A stretch of DNA of 62,222 bases from Proteromonas lacertae. Lineage: Eukaryota. Both the position numbers and the translations under genes were made by a program. The stretch covers positions 310,001 through 372,222 of the forward strand of contig NGBS01000295.1 in NCBI GenBank assembly GCA_002245135.1. Reading direction: 5' to 3'. Positions 12,835 through 27,690 of this stretch are shown here, piece after piece. The stretch's first letter is position 1. Each line of letters begins with the position of its first letter. The notes under the pieces were generated by a model, which had not been told where the DNA came from, searched no databases, and worked only from the letters and a program-made list of their open reading frames with translations.

Positions 12835-14844
12835 TTATTCTAATGGTGGGCGATCTAATTCTGAGATTAATTGGTTATAATCTTCGCCATCACTACGATG
12901 AGGAGATAAGTCATATTCTTGTAGATATTTATTTACTATATCATTTATCTCTCCATCAGGAATATGTGATTCTATTTGAATTGGTGATAAATCAAGATTG
13001 TTCTTTGCTTCTTCGGTTTCAGGATTTTCTTCTTGTATTGGAGATTCATTATGTGAAGCTATTGGACTAGTAGGAGGAATATTCAGTGTATCTTGAACTA
13101 ACTTTGCTATTTCCTCTGGTGTAGCTAATGGTTGATCTTTCAATTGCTGTTTTGTACTTTCTAAAACCCTTAAAATTGTTTTATGATCAGCTATTTCTAT
13201 TGGATCATCAACATCTCTATAAAAATAATACATTATGATAGAATATATATACGCAAATACGCTACCTCCCATATCAACTTCGACTGTATTCTGATGTAAC
13301 TCACTAATGGCTGTATCAATATCATTTATTCGTTTCTTTGTTAATCTTTCCATTCTTTCTACTGCTATTACATTATTGTGTTTATATCCTTCCAATTCTC
13401 CATCTTCTATTATCCTTGATACATCATTCTCAACTAAATCTAATTCAGTAAATCTTGGATCATTCAATTGTTCATCAATTTCTTTAAGTCGTTTTATATC
13501 ATCATCTTCAATTTGATATACATTTTCCAACTCTGGAAAATCATTTTTCTATTACAATAATGATAAATGTTATTATTATATATACTTCTTCTGGATTGAA
13601 ATTTCCCATTATTCTATTCACTCTTTCCTTTTGATTATCGTTTAATGTGAAATATTTGGCTTGAGGTCCTAATTCTGCATTTCTCTGAATAAAATCAGTT
13701 CCATCAATTGATCTTCGTGTTTTCTTCTCTATAATATATATATTTAATGATTAATAATAATAATAATAATATATAGATACTTTTTGTCAATTGATTTGCT
13801 ACAATTGCTTCTGTTGATTCATCTAATGGAGATTCTTTTGATTCTCCTTCCTTTGATTCACTCTTCTTCTTTTGTTTTAATTCTGATTCAAGTATTGATT
13901 CTTTCTATTATTTATTTATTATTAACATACAATATATATATATAATATACTTTTCTTACCATTGATAATTTTAAATCATATTCTTTAATCTTTGCTAAAC
14001 CTTCATTAATTTTCTCTTGCTCAGAATACTCTAATGGAATTTCTTTCTATTCAACAAAAATAATATTATTAATAAATATATATACGTAAAGATCCATATC
14101 ATGTAAGCCTTTATCTATTAAATACTTAGACCATGGTTTATATTCACCATCACTGGGTGTAATCTATATATAATAAAATAATATATTACAATAAAAATAA
14201 AATGATAATAATAATAATAAATACATCATCATGAGTCATCATATTAACAATATCATTATAATTGGAAGGAAAATCAACAAGATTATTTCCATCATCAGTT
14301 CGTTTATTCCTTATTGCATTCATATATTCTTCCAACTCTTTTCTTACACGAGCTTCTTCCTCATTTGCACTTTTCAGATTTGATTCAATTTCAGAAAATA
14401 TACTTTCACCTCTACTAACTGCATCTTCATTTACATCAGCTCCATCTTCATTAATATTTGGTGGTAACGGCGTTGAACTAACTGAACCAACTGCTGTAAC
14501 AAATGTTTTATTCAATGCATCTGTAACAGATGGTTGATCATCTAATTTAACTTCACTATTATATTCTTTATCATAATCTTTCCTACTACTTTGTGATGAT
14601 AATGGTTTCTTCACACTAGATTTAGCTTTTACATCTTTTGGTGTAGCTAATGATACTCCATATTGCTTATCCAAATATTCTGAATCTATAAACGTTAATA
14701 TAAGTATAAACAATATACCATGAGTAGTAGAAGAAGATAAAGGACGTCTTTCTAAATATCATATATATAAACCTTAAAAATACTTGATCGTGATGCTAAT
14801 GGCACTTCTTTCATGTAATTGATCTCATTCTTATTATTGCTCAT
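12835..14844 (-). CDS. FSIP1-like protein
   Basis: Spliced motifs INEGLAKIKEYDLKL, DFIQRNAELG...LNDNQKERVNRIM and RLKEIDEQL follow the FSIP1 motif order (recalled, not searched). Confidence 0.6.
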
Positions 14845-14936
14845 TAAATAAATCGAAAAAAAGAAAAATATTGAAAAATGCTTGATTGAAATCAAGCTTT
14901 AATTCGTTTCATTTTTTATATTTTTTTGTTTATTTA

Positions 14937-15621
14937 ATGAATTACGGAACTAAAAAGTATTGGGAAGATAGATATGAACAGACAAAACAGAATAAAAATA
15001 AGAAATATGTTACAGAGTGGTATATAACCTATAGTCAAGGTATTGTGCCATACATTCATTTAATTGCTAATTATAGTTGAAAATTTTGTTGAACCTTATC
15101 TCAAATCACCATCAGATAAAATATTGAATGTTGGTTGTGGTAAATCAGAGATATCAGTCAAATTGTATAATTGGGTTATTATTTTTTTAGGTATGAAAAA
15201 GGATATCACAATATAACCAATATTGATATAAGTGAAAATCTAATATATCAGTTAAAAGAAGAGAATAAAGATAAAGAAGGAATGATATATGAAGTAATGG
15301 ATGCTCAACATATGTTTGATTTTGCTGATGAGACGTTTCATGTTATAATTGATAAAGGCACAATAGATTCCCTTTTTTCAAGTATAAATATCAAATTATA
15401 TATATATTGTTTTAGATATACACAATATTGATGCTGTTAGACAGTACATATCAGAAGTAGAGAGAGTGATTAAAACTGACGGACTCTTCTTGATTGTGAC
15501 ATATGGTGTTCCAGAAACTAGATTATTGTATTTTAACCAATCTAATTGGCATATTCGTATTGCACCGGTTCAAGCTTCTGGATTTTATCATATTTTATTG
15601 CTTAATCGTAACAGATCATAG
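14937..15621 (+). CDS. Class I SAM-dependent methyltransferase (EEF1AKMT4/METTL13 N-terminal-like)
   Basis: YGTKKYWEDRY, EWY, ILNVGCGKS, ITNID, IIDKGTIDSL; three introns; TAG at 15619-15621. Confidence 0.9.
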
Positions 15622-15712
15622 TAATTATTTATTTAATTTAATATTTTTGTATTTTGAATTTTTATCCGTTTCAATAATTTGATTTTTTTTATTTAGTTTG
15701 ATTTTTGCATAA

Positions 15713-18232
15713 ATGGAATGGAATGACTCACCAATAGATGGTGATAAGCAACAAAAACTCATACAAAAGCTAAATGAAAAATATTCTTTTCTAAATCAGT
15801 ATAAAGCCATGGAGGTACTGATAAATCGTTTTTATATTATAGTCAACTGAAGATGAGGAGGAATTTCCTATTGAAATTCAAGAAATGCTTGCAGAAGCTG
15901 TTGAAAGAGATGATCATTATTATAACGTTGATAATTTTCTAAGTCAATATTCTGCACAACAAGATAAATATATTAAAGAGATGAACAAATATTCTGATTC
16001 TGTGAATAGCGTATCTTCTGTTGTTAATGGAATACATAAAGAGTACAAGAAAGTAGAAAATTCAGTAGAGGATTTATACCAAAAATGTGATAGTTTGCTA
16101 AATGAAAAGTCAAAGTTGGATATTTTAATTAATGATTTGACAGATCCTTTATCATATTTCCAAGATATCCATTATCTATGTGATGCATTTGGTGTTAAAT
16201 TCACAGGAAACGAGCTAATCGAATTAAGTGATGCAAATCCATTAAATCCACAATCTGATTCTTTTAATGAGTTACTCAGTCGTTTAGATCAATGTTTAAA
16301 ATATGCAATGGAACATGTATATATAATATATTATTATTATTATTATATCATATAATAAAATAGCCTGGATATTGTGATGGTCCAGATTATGCTGAAAGAT
16401 ATCGTAGTTTGATGTATCACGCTTTATGTTTAATAAGAAACCATATAACTGAAGCATTAAAAGTAGCAGTTATACAAACTCATACAAGATTAGAGAATAT
16501 ATCATCCTCTGATTTAGCTCAAGTAAATATACAATTTTCATCAATATCTAAACAATTAAGACCACTTATAAAATCAATTCAAATTAGATCAATATTACCA
16601 TCGTATATTTATTTATTTATTTATATGTATTATTAGTTTACATCCAATCTTAGAGAATTGCGAACAAGCATATAGTGAAGCAAGATTAAACATCCTTCAA
16701 AAAGCAACTTCTACCTATTTCGATGGTTTATATGCAATAAATGGCGAATCATTAGTAAAACAAACAAGATCCAGTTGTGCATATATGGTGGAATTATGTA
16801 GAGAAGAATATAATATGTATAGTAAGTTCTTTGGTACTCTAAAAGAAGCTGAATATGAAAATTGCACTTATGATACTGAAGGCGGTTTAAGAATCTTAAT
16901 GGAAGATGTAACGACTATATTATATGGATTTATCAGACCATTATTAATCAAAGAAAGGAATATAGAGAATATCTGTGAATATATTCAAATATTGAGAGGT
17001 GAAGTGATAGAAGGAATGATCAAATCACGTGGAAATGATTTGACAGGAATGATTCCATCTATTCATAAGTTAATAAAAGATGGACAAGAAAGATTGATAT
17101 ACTTAACAATGGAGTTTTATGAAGGATTGAAATTATATCGTCCAAGACCAAAAGATATTGATTATCCACAAAAATTGATAGATTATTTTGATAAAAAGAT
17201 TAAAGTCAAATTACATCAAGATGAAAAAGTTCCAATCACATTATCAGAGATGAGAGAAAGTGCTGTATATTCAGCATGGTATCCTCCATTAGAATATACA
17301 TTAACATTATTATCACATATTTATACATGTTTAGATGCGAAAGTATTTGAAGAAATAGCACAAAAGATAGTGAATCAATGTTCATTTACGTTTTATAAAG
17401 CTCATAGTATACTTCAGAATAAAGTTGGACCATTAAACGCTGATTTATTCTTAGTGAAACATTTGTTGATTATTCGTGAACAAATTACACCGTTTAATAT
17501 CACAACCTGTTATACTGAAAAGACTTTGGATTTTAAATCAACAGCTCATGCAGTGAATAATGTGATTGGTGGAAATGTTGGTGTAGATTCATTCAGTAAA
17601 TTATTAACATACGGTTTACCTCAAGTGAAAGATAGTAATTTAAATTCACAGAGAGAATTAGAAAAAGAGTTAAAAGATGCATGTGATGTGTTTATGAAAC
17701 ATTGTGTGTTATATTTATTAGGAGAATTGAAAGAAATTGTAGAAAAAGTATTAATATATGTTATTGTTATTGTTTATAGAGTGATGAATTTCCATCTATG
17801 GATGTGTTAAAAGAACAATCTTTCTTTTCGAATGGTATATAGTATAATATTTACATAATAGAGAATTTATTTGAATTATTAACAAGAACAAAAGATAATG
17901 TAATATCAAATATCTCCATAATAATGAAGAGAACAGCTTTATATCTTGGTAATCCAATGACGCAAAGTATTCTATGGAAACCAATCTTAAGAGAATGTAC
18001 TCAACTGATTAGAAGATTAAGTTTCAAATATGATAAATGTTATGGTGAAAATGAAGATTTTAATAATTCCATCAATGAAATTAGAGATATTATTACCAAA
18101 GAAGATCCGCAGAATTATGTAATTGAAGATTTAATTGAATCAAAAGAAATGGAAAGTATCTCTAAGAAGGAAGATCCATTGTATTTACCAATGTTTGGTG
18201 AAGAAGAAACAACAACAGCAACAGCAGTATAA
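15713..18232 (+). CDS. COG3: Conserved oligomeric Golgi complex subunit 3 (Sec34)
   Basis: LSYF, LSRLDQCL, DGQERLIY, WYPPLEYTLTLLSHIY, LFLVKHLLIIREQITPF, LYLGN. The same frame stays open after the TAA to 18991. Confidence 0.92.
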
Positions 18233-19342
18233 GAAGAACAGAAACATGAAGAATCTAAACCAATAGAAAATAGAAAAGTATCTGAAACAAATAATGATAA
18301 AACAAAATCAACTGAAACATCTGCAACTACTACTACAGCTATAACCACTACTACTTCTACAGTTCCTGTGCCAACAGTTGAAACAATAGCCACTATAGAA
18401 AAAGAAAAGGAAAAAGAGGAAGTAAAAGAAGAAATTAATACTATAAATGAAGTATTAAAAGAAACAGCAATGAGTGAATCAATGGAAAATAATAAAGAAA
18501 ATGAAAATATTAAATCAACACTTCCAGATATATTATTATCATCAAAAGATACATCTATTGAACAACAACAACAACAACAACAACCTATTATCACTGAACC
18601 AATAATTACTCAACCAATAACAGCTCCAATTGATGATGATGATGATGACGATGAAGTTGGTGAAGAAGAAGAAGAAGAAGAAGAAGAAGAAGAAATGACT
18701 GAATTATATGAAACACCAATCAAAATTCAACAACAACAACAACAACAAAATATACCAATTTCAGTTCCTCCAATTACACCTTCTCCAGTTAAACAACCAG
18801 ATTTGAATAATACTTCATTTATGTCTCCTTCTTTGCCATTTGGTCCACCAGAAACTCCTAGTCCTAATAAGGGAGTAACAGCACCTGGTTTAGCTTATGG
18901 ACCAGTTGATGACTCAGATTCTGATGAAGAATATGATGATGATGATGAAGAGTATGATGATGATGAGAATGATGATGATGATGATGAATAATTGATGTAA
19001 TAAGATTATTAAACTAATAATCTCTTTTATTTACATAGATTATTGAATTTATGTATTTATCTTCACATTATATCAATCATAAAAATGTATTGCAGTTTAT
19101 TATGCATAGTTTATATTAATAATAACATATAAAAGAATTATATATCTGGTTTTCACTAAATCATGACAGTTTCAATTATTATTCCCATAATTCATTTTTT
19201 ACAATATTAGTATTACAAATTAACATAATTTAATATTCAAAACATCGTTTATATTTTATTTCTATTGATATTTCAAAATTAATGAAAATCACAACGAATA
19301 TAATTTTTGAAATACAAACATAAGCTTGATCACTATAGAATT

Positions 19343-20666
19343 ATGATTCGCAAAATAACCATTGAAGGGTTTAAATCATTCGAGAAGAAAGTGAGTATTG
19401 AATTTGAGAAAGGTATGAGCTGCTTAATTGGAGAGAATGGTTGTGGTAAGTCAAGTCTATTAGAAAGTTTAGTATTGGTGTTAGGTGAAAAAAAGAATTC
19501 AATACGAGGAGCAAATATATGTGATTTTCTATCAAAAATGTCAAGTAAAAGAATCGAGAATCAAAAAGTTTTATAATTTTTTTAAACTATATACTTCTTA
19601 GTGTACAATTGAAGTAGAAATGGAGAAGAATTGTGAGTTATGCAAAATCTGCTGTAATATCTCTAGTAATAGTATAAATTACAGTTTGAATTGTCACAAA
19701 GTGTGTCATAAAGATCTAATATCAATTTTATCTACGAAATATAATATATATACCTGTCCTGCATCATTTGCCATAATGCAATCAAATATTCGTAAGTTGA
19801 GAAATGACAAAAACAATTTATTACTCTCGTTATATGAAGTAAGTGGTATAAAAGTATTTAATGAATATAAAGACGAGTTTAATAAAGTTCAGCAAAGTTT
19901 TGAGAATGAATTAGCTGTATATATATATATGATGTGTTTTATAGGATATAGAAGAAAGAATGAAATGTATTAAAATGACAATAGAAAATGATGAAAAAGA
20001 GATAGAAAATACAGACAAATACAGTGTCTTAGAGGAGAAAATCAATGAATTAAAAGATGAATTAGAATATATAAAGATGAAGGAGAAGAAAAACGAAATG
20101 AACATATTGAAAACAAGTATTTACTTTATGTATTTATATATAAATAGAGAAAGAAGATATTAATAAAAGAATATCAAAATACGAAGAAGAATCACGGATA
20201 TTAAAAACAGGGATGATAAAAATAGAAGAAAAATACAATGAAAACAAAAACAATAGAAATAAAATACATAATAATGAGAATCAAGAAGAAAGATTGATGA
20301 CAATAGAATCAGAATATGAGATAATAAATGACAGAATAGAAAGAAATAAGAATAAACTAAATAGCTTAAACTGCAATATAAATGACTATGAATATAAGAT
20401 GAAAGATTTAGAGATGGAAATAAGTAGAAATGAAGAAGAGAAATATGAAATGAATAATGACATAAAACTAATCGAAGAAAAGATAAAATTACATAAAAAA
20501 GATGGAGAAAATGATGCTAATGATGAAGGTCATAGAATAAAGAGAATAAAGCGAATGAGTATTGAAGAATTGAAAGAAGAAATAGTAAAAATGATGGAAG
20601 AAATGAAAGAGTTAAAGTATAAGATAAATAATAGTGAAGAATCAATAAATAGATTGAATAATGAAG

Positions 20667-20698
<32 letters not shown>

Positions 20699-23087
20699 CA
20701 ATGTTAGAAAATAAATAATAATGTTATTATACATAATATTGAAGAAGAAATGAATGAATTAGAAATGAAAATAATGAATAGTTGTAGTATAAACGATGAA
20801 TATAATGAGGTTAAACACAATATTAATAGAATATCTTTTTATTTACATTTATTATATATATTTATATAGTTTTCATTAACTTTAATTAACATACATAATA
20901 TGATGAATAATAATAATCAAATTGAATCAATTATTAATTCCTATGTTTATCCTCCATATTCTTCATCATTTAATGATTTGAATGGTTATTATGGAGTTTG
21001 TTTGTCATTATTGAATATCAATAGCAATGCACAAGTATATATATATATATATATATAATATTATATATTATAGAAATATAATAAACCAATATCAATTATT
21101 CTACATAAGTACATCGGAGTCCATTGTATAAGATCCTCAAACATCTCAAAGATAATAATTGAAAGAACAGTAAGACAGAATAAAAGTATCAGAATACTGA
21201 GTTTTGATTGGTTAAAAAATATTATACGTAATAATAATAATATGAATAAGAATGAATTGAGAAATAGATACAAGAATCATATATCATTTTTATCTGATTA
21301 TATATATCCAATTAATGAAGATTGTCAAGTATTAGTAGATTATATATGTAATAATATTATATTATGTGATGATAATGATATTATTAAAGTACTTATAAAT
21401 GATGGATATGGTAATATTTGGGATATAAATGGAAATGAACATAATGTAAATATATCCGTTTTATTTTATTCGTTTCATATTTATCCTTTTCATTTATTAA
21501 TAATATATAGAGAGGTGTAGTATGTGGTGGTGGTAGTGGATTTAAGAATACAAAATACAATGAAATATGCAATAATATAATCGAAGTCACAAATATAAGA
21601 AATGATATAGAAATGAATAGAAAGATATTAGATGAAGAACAGTTGAAATATGATAATATCAATAGAATTATTAATGATAATAAAATAATAGAAAATAGAA
21701 TAAACAATAATATAAACAATATCAATGAATTGAAGAAAAAGAATCAACAAATAGATAATAGTGTATATATATATATATATATATAATATTAATTAGATTG
21801 AGAATATAAGAAAGAATAAACATGTTTATTATGATGAGATAAACAGAATAGAGATGATAATAGAAGATAGGAGATATGAAATAGACAACAACAATAATAA
21901 TAATAAAGAAGATGAGATGTTAAATATAAACAAACTTAACAGTCTAAAAGAAAAAGAAAGAGTATTATCAACAAGAATAGACGAAATGAAAACAGAAATG
22001 AACAATATGAGTAATAGGATTACTATTAATAAAGAAAAAAAGAATAAAATATTGAATGAAATACAGAATGATGAATATACGAAAGAGAATATAAAAAGAG
22101 AATTAGATAAAGTAAAGAGAATAATGGAAGAGAATGAATTAATATATGAAGAAATGAATAAAAAGATGAAAATAATAGTCAAAGAAAAAGAGATGATTGT
22201 TAAGAGAATAAGCGAAAATAAAACCAAATTAAATGAATGTATAAAAGAAAGAGAAAAAGTAATAAAAGAAGAAAACGAAATATTGAATAATTATAATGTA
22301 GAATCATCTAATACAAGTTCAATTAATAAGAAATTAGATAATAAATACCAATCGATGATGGACTATAATAAAGTAATATTCAATATAACAATGGAATTAA
22401 AGAAATTATACAATGAAAAGAAGAATCTGCATAAGAATATGAAAATATTAAAAGAAAACGAATATATGAATATAAAATCAAGAATCAACAAGAATAAAGA
22501 AACATTAAAGAAAATTAAAAACTATATAACTTCATTAGAATCAAATATAAATACAATAAAGAATAAAATCAATAACTCAATGGACTTAGTAGTAGAATCG
22601 TTGAATTATTGTTATGATTGTATAAGTAAAGAGTTTACATTATTATGCAAAGAATATGTATAAATATAATATTGTTTATTATAATGAATAGATTCCAAAT
22701 TATTTAATAAAAATAATAATAGAAAATGATAATAGTAATAATTCAATAATTGATAGTAATATAGAAATGAAGTTTAGTCCAATCGAAAATAGCTCAAAAT
22801 TATGTGATATAAGTGAATTATCAGGTGGTCAAATTACGTTGGTTAATATAATGTGGATGATATGTTTATCATTATACAAACCATCTCCTATATATTTACT
22901 TGATGAAGTTGATGAAGCACTTGATGAAAAGAATCAATTGATATTAGGTAAATTGATAAAGAAATATCTTTGTAATAATCATGAGAATCAAGTGATATGT
23001 ATATCCCATCATAAATCATTCATAAATGAAGCTGATCATATTATAAAGTTGATGAAGAAGAAAGATTCAACTGAATGTGTTAATTAA
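19343..23087 (+). CDS. Divergent SMC-family ATPase (head motifs SMC2-like)
   Basis: IEGFKSF, Walker A GENGCGKS, Q-loop IMQ, long coiled coils, hinge-like GYYG, LSGGQ, Walker B YLLDEVDEALD, ISHH. Confidence 0.9.
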
Positions 23088-23187
23088 ATATAAATATTAT
23101 CTATTATTATGTTTATTTCTTTTTTTGTTTTATATACAAGAAATTGTCATGAATAGTTTAATATAAGAAATAATAGTATAGTTCCAA

Positions 23188-24196
23188 TTATTTAATATTG
23201 AAGAATTGTTTTGATAATTGAGTCTTTTCTTCTTCTGATATTCCATCTAACCTAATAATTCTATCAGCTGTTGAAAATTCTTCTAAAAATGATATTAATT
23301 CTGACTTGTCTATATCTTCTTTCAAAGTTATTAATAATTCATCTAAATCTTCAAATATTTCTTTGTTTTCTTTCATTAATCTCAATTCACTTTCATCTAA
23401 TTCATTTCCTGAAAGATTTATTTTTCTCAATGGTTTATAATCTTTTAATGTTTCTAACAACATTTTTAATCCTTTTTCACTCAATCCTATATCTATTCAA
23501 ATTATAAATGAAAATTCTAATCACAGAATACTTGATATATTCAAAGAATTGTCTGTAACAAATTCTTTTAAGTATTTACAAATTATCTCTACTCCTTCAT
23601 CTTCAATTGAATTATTGTGTATTATATATTTTCTACCTTTTATTTCATAATTCATTAACTCTTTTAATCCTTTGTAACTAATTTTGTTATTTGATAAATC
23701 AAGAATATCACAACAAATATGTTTAATCAATGCAATGTGAGAATCTTTAATATTCAAATCTATAGAATAATGTTAATAAGTATATTATACTTGAAATATC
23801 ACAATAATTTGTAATCTTTCCCATGCAATAATTTAAATAATACTCCAATTCTTCATTTGTCCATAGTGAGTTTTTCATTAAGAATACCCCTTCATCATCT
23901 ATTGCAATATTGCTTAAATTCAATTCTTCATTATTAATAAACACATTTATGTTGTTTAATATTAATTTTAATCCCAACACTGAACTATTCTCTCGGAATT
24001 TTGATATTATATTTTCTTTTATTCCTATCAATTTTAGGATTTTCATCTTTTTAATTTCATTTTGATGTTGTACAACAAAATCTACTTCATTAATACTCTT
24101 TTCTACCCTTCCTTTTATCTACAAAAATAAAACAAAAAATACTTCGGCTCCAGATGGCAATATAGTGGATATAACACTATCAGCAAAAGAATTCAT
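23188..24196 (-). CDS. Leucine-rich repeat protein (RI-like)
   Basis: LNLSNIAIDDEG, LDLSNNKISYKG, NNSIEDEG, INLSGNEL; three introns. Confidence 0.8.
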
Positions 24197-24363
24197 TCAA
24201 AATAATTAAAGAAAATATATTCGTTTTATTTCAGTTATACATGTTAAATCAAGATATTCACACATATCATTCATTTTATACATAGAGAATTTGACAATTT
24301 ACATAAACCCATTTAATAAATTAGAAATAAATAATAAACGAATTATCATTACCAAAAAATACT

Positions 24364-25520
24364 CTAATATGGTTTTCTATCTATTCTCTTTATACTTTTA
24401 CCTCCACATAATGCATTCTTTTTATACCCACTATTATTCAATTTCACTCCATATTCCCATTTACATAATATTCCATCTTCTCCACATACATATATACTTT
24501 TATCACTATCATGGATATAAATATATCGAATATCACTTTTATTACCTTTCATCAATTTATCAAATAAAAATATTCCATCATTATTAATTGTAAATATAAA
24601 ACAATCACCAACATGATTACCACTAAAACAAAGTAGATTCTTACTTTCTTTATCATAATAACAACTTATTAAATAATCAACTAAACAACTATTATCATTA
24701 ATTATCTTATTAAACTCTATTCGAATATCATCATAATTATATATCCTTTCAGCTGTTACTGTACTCCAAACAGATAAACCTTGACTGTGTGTTATCACCC
24801 ATATATATAAATCATTATCTCCACAAATACCTATACTTCTAACTGAACATTCTGTGTTTATTACTGTTTTTAATGCTTCATCTTCAGTTTTTTCTGTTAG
24901 TTCAAATATACAACATAAATTATCTTCTGAACCACTTATTAATCGTGTGGGATATTTTGGATAGAATAATAATGAAGTAATTACATCAGAATGACTGTTT
25001 CTATATTCAGCTATGGTTTTGCCTGTATTTTTGAAGAAAACTATATTCATATCTGTTCCACAAGCTATTATTGTATTTCCACATCCTACAGACATTGTAT
25101 AGATTTGTCCTTTATTGTATTTCCATTTACGAAGAATTGACAAATCAGTTATATTGTATACGATTATATTTCCATCTCTAGAGAGTATTATAATTAACAA
25201 TTAATGAATACAATGATGATGAATATAATTCAGTATCAGTACCATAACATATATCAGTTATTTGAGAAGTATGGCCTTTCAATACTCCATAATGCGATAA
25301 ATCTTTGAAATGAAATAATTGTATTGTAAAATCTGAAATTGATAATGCAAGTATTGTTTCTGATTGATTCAAAATGCTATTATTGATTATAAGTGATAAA
25401 TTAATACCATTTGAAAATATAAGGATAATCAATTATCTCATCTTCTTTATCAACAAACTCTGATGGTTCAGCATCTGGACATGCTACAATTACTTGCCTA
25501 GATAACGAGTATTTCGACAT
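24364..25520 (-). CDS. WDR89: WD40 repeat protein, WDR89-like
   Basis: YRNSHSDVITSLLFYP...LISGSEDNLCCIF...EDEAL and CGEDGILCKW; two introns. Confidence 0.8.
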
Positions 25521-25650
25521 GATAATAAAAACAGCCACAAGTGGTCAAGCCTTTGGGACGGTTCAGGGTTGAGCAGTATCTTTTTTATTTTTTTCTGGAA
25601 TAATCAAACAGATATAATATTATTACGTATTAAAAAGAATATATTTAAAA

Positions 25651-27514
25651 ATGTTTAAGAAGAAGCAAGCCCCCAACCCTGACGATGAAGAATTTAAGCC
25701 ATATCTTTATAATCCTTATTGTGTGGATGTGATTTTCCCTGAAGGATCAATATATTTAACTTTGTCCAAATCTATTTATGGAACTCCAATAGTTCAAATG
25801 TTCAGACAGACTCCGTCAAAACATCCTGGTCCAGCTGAAGTATAATTTATATGGGTTTATATATTTATTCCAATAGGCATCTGGTGCAATTGAATTGGGA
25901 GATATGGTTATACAAGTTAATGGTGATGATACATATCTTCTCTCCTATGCTGAATTTATGTTGAAAACAAAAGAGTCACCAAGACCAATGACCTTTAGAT
26001 TTGTAAAACCAGAGAAAGACAGTAAGAAACATATGCCAATTAAAGATCATCCAGGCAAAATGATGGAGTGGAAAAGAGGTTTAGATCATTTACCAGTAAA
26101 AATAATCGACTTAACCAAATTCCCATTAGAAGAAGAAAAAAAGAGAAGAAAAGGAAAAAGTTTGAATGACATTGTATGTAAATATCAACCAAAAGATGGT
26201 TCAAATACAGCCTATGGACAGCGTGTAAAAGAGTTCCAAAAGGCATTAACTTCACCAGTACCAAATGGTCTAATATTTATGGATAAAATAAGAGAATTAG
26301 CATTTTTTGGAATTCCTGATGAAAAGCACCTTAGAGCTGTTTATTGGAAGATATTATTAGGTTTTTATGGATTAGTACCAGACAGATGGTCTGAAGAAAA
26401 AGAAAATCATAGAAATACATATCATGATTTTGTCAAAATGTTTATCCAAGAACCTAACGAGAAGTGTGGTAATGAAGGAAGTATTAAAGTAGCTAATCCA
26501 TTAGAAATGACTTGGATAAAGAGAGAAGTTGATGATGGTACAGTTGGTGATGATAATGATGATATTGCAAAGATTCCACAGGAAGAAAGACAAAAGATAT
26601 TGGAAGTTAATGTATATATATATATATATAAATTTATAACTTATTTATCTATATAGAGTAAATGGAATGAATTATATGGTGATCAAGAATTGCGTGAGGA
26701 TATTTGGAAAGATGTAAATAGAACACATGCAGACATGGCTTTCTTTGGTGAAAATGTTAGAGATATTATAGCAAGAATATTATTTGTTTATGCTAAACTT
26801 AATCCAGGTGTGAAATATGTACAAGGAATGAATGAAGTATTAGCTCCATTGTTTATTGTATTTTCTGCTGAACCGAATGAGGATGAGAAAGGTGGCGATG
26901 AAGTATCTATTTATTATTATTATTATTATAGTCTGAATTGAATAAAGATGCTGAATTTACAACATTCTTCTGTTTTAGCCAGTTAATGAGTGAAATTAAA
27001 GATTTATTTAATCCAGAGTTAGATGATACACATTTAGGTGTACAAGGGTATCTATCAGCATTAACTGACTTAATTGAGAGATATGCAAATGAATCATATA
27101 AAATATTAGTATTATTAATTTATTTATTTTATTGAATAGAAAGAACAGAATATTGAAGTTCAGTTATTCGCCATTCGTTGGATTACCACATTCTTATCAA
27201 GAGAGTTCATGATGCCTGATGTACAGAGAATATGGGATAGTTTATTATCAGATCCACAAAGATTTACCTTCCTTTTACATATATGTACAGCTATGGTGTT
27301 GTTAGTGACTGATCAGTTGAAAGGACATGATTTTAGTGATAATTTGAAATTACTACAAAGATATCCACCTATTGATATATCACAAGTGTTACAGACAGCT
27401 TATAAAATAAGAGATGACGAATTGAAGAAGGGTTATTTGACTGAAGATGGTGAAATTGATTTAGCAAGCAGTTTTCATAATAGTAAAGGTAGTTTTGGAA
27501 GCTTCCATGAGTAA
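25651..27514 (+). CDS. Rab-GAP TBC-domain protein (TBC1D13-like) with N-terminal PDZ-like domain
   Basis: GPAEASGAIELGDMVIQVNG (PDZ-like); LRAVYWKILLG, IWKDVNRT and YVQGMNE catalytic fingers; RWIT...RIWDSL. Confidence 0.88.
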
Positions 27515-27690
27515 TTTTAAATTATAATTATTATTTTGATAAGATTTCGATTATTTCCATAATATATTAATTCATCATCAAAGTAAAATTAAATGGTTAT
27601 AAAATCTAATCATGAACGTGAATATAGTAAGAAATAATTCATTATTTTCAAAATAGATTTGAATTTTTATCTTTATCTTTTTTCTCTCTG

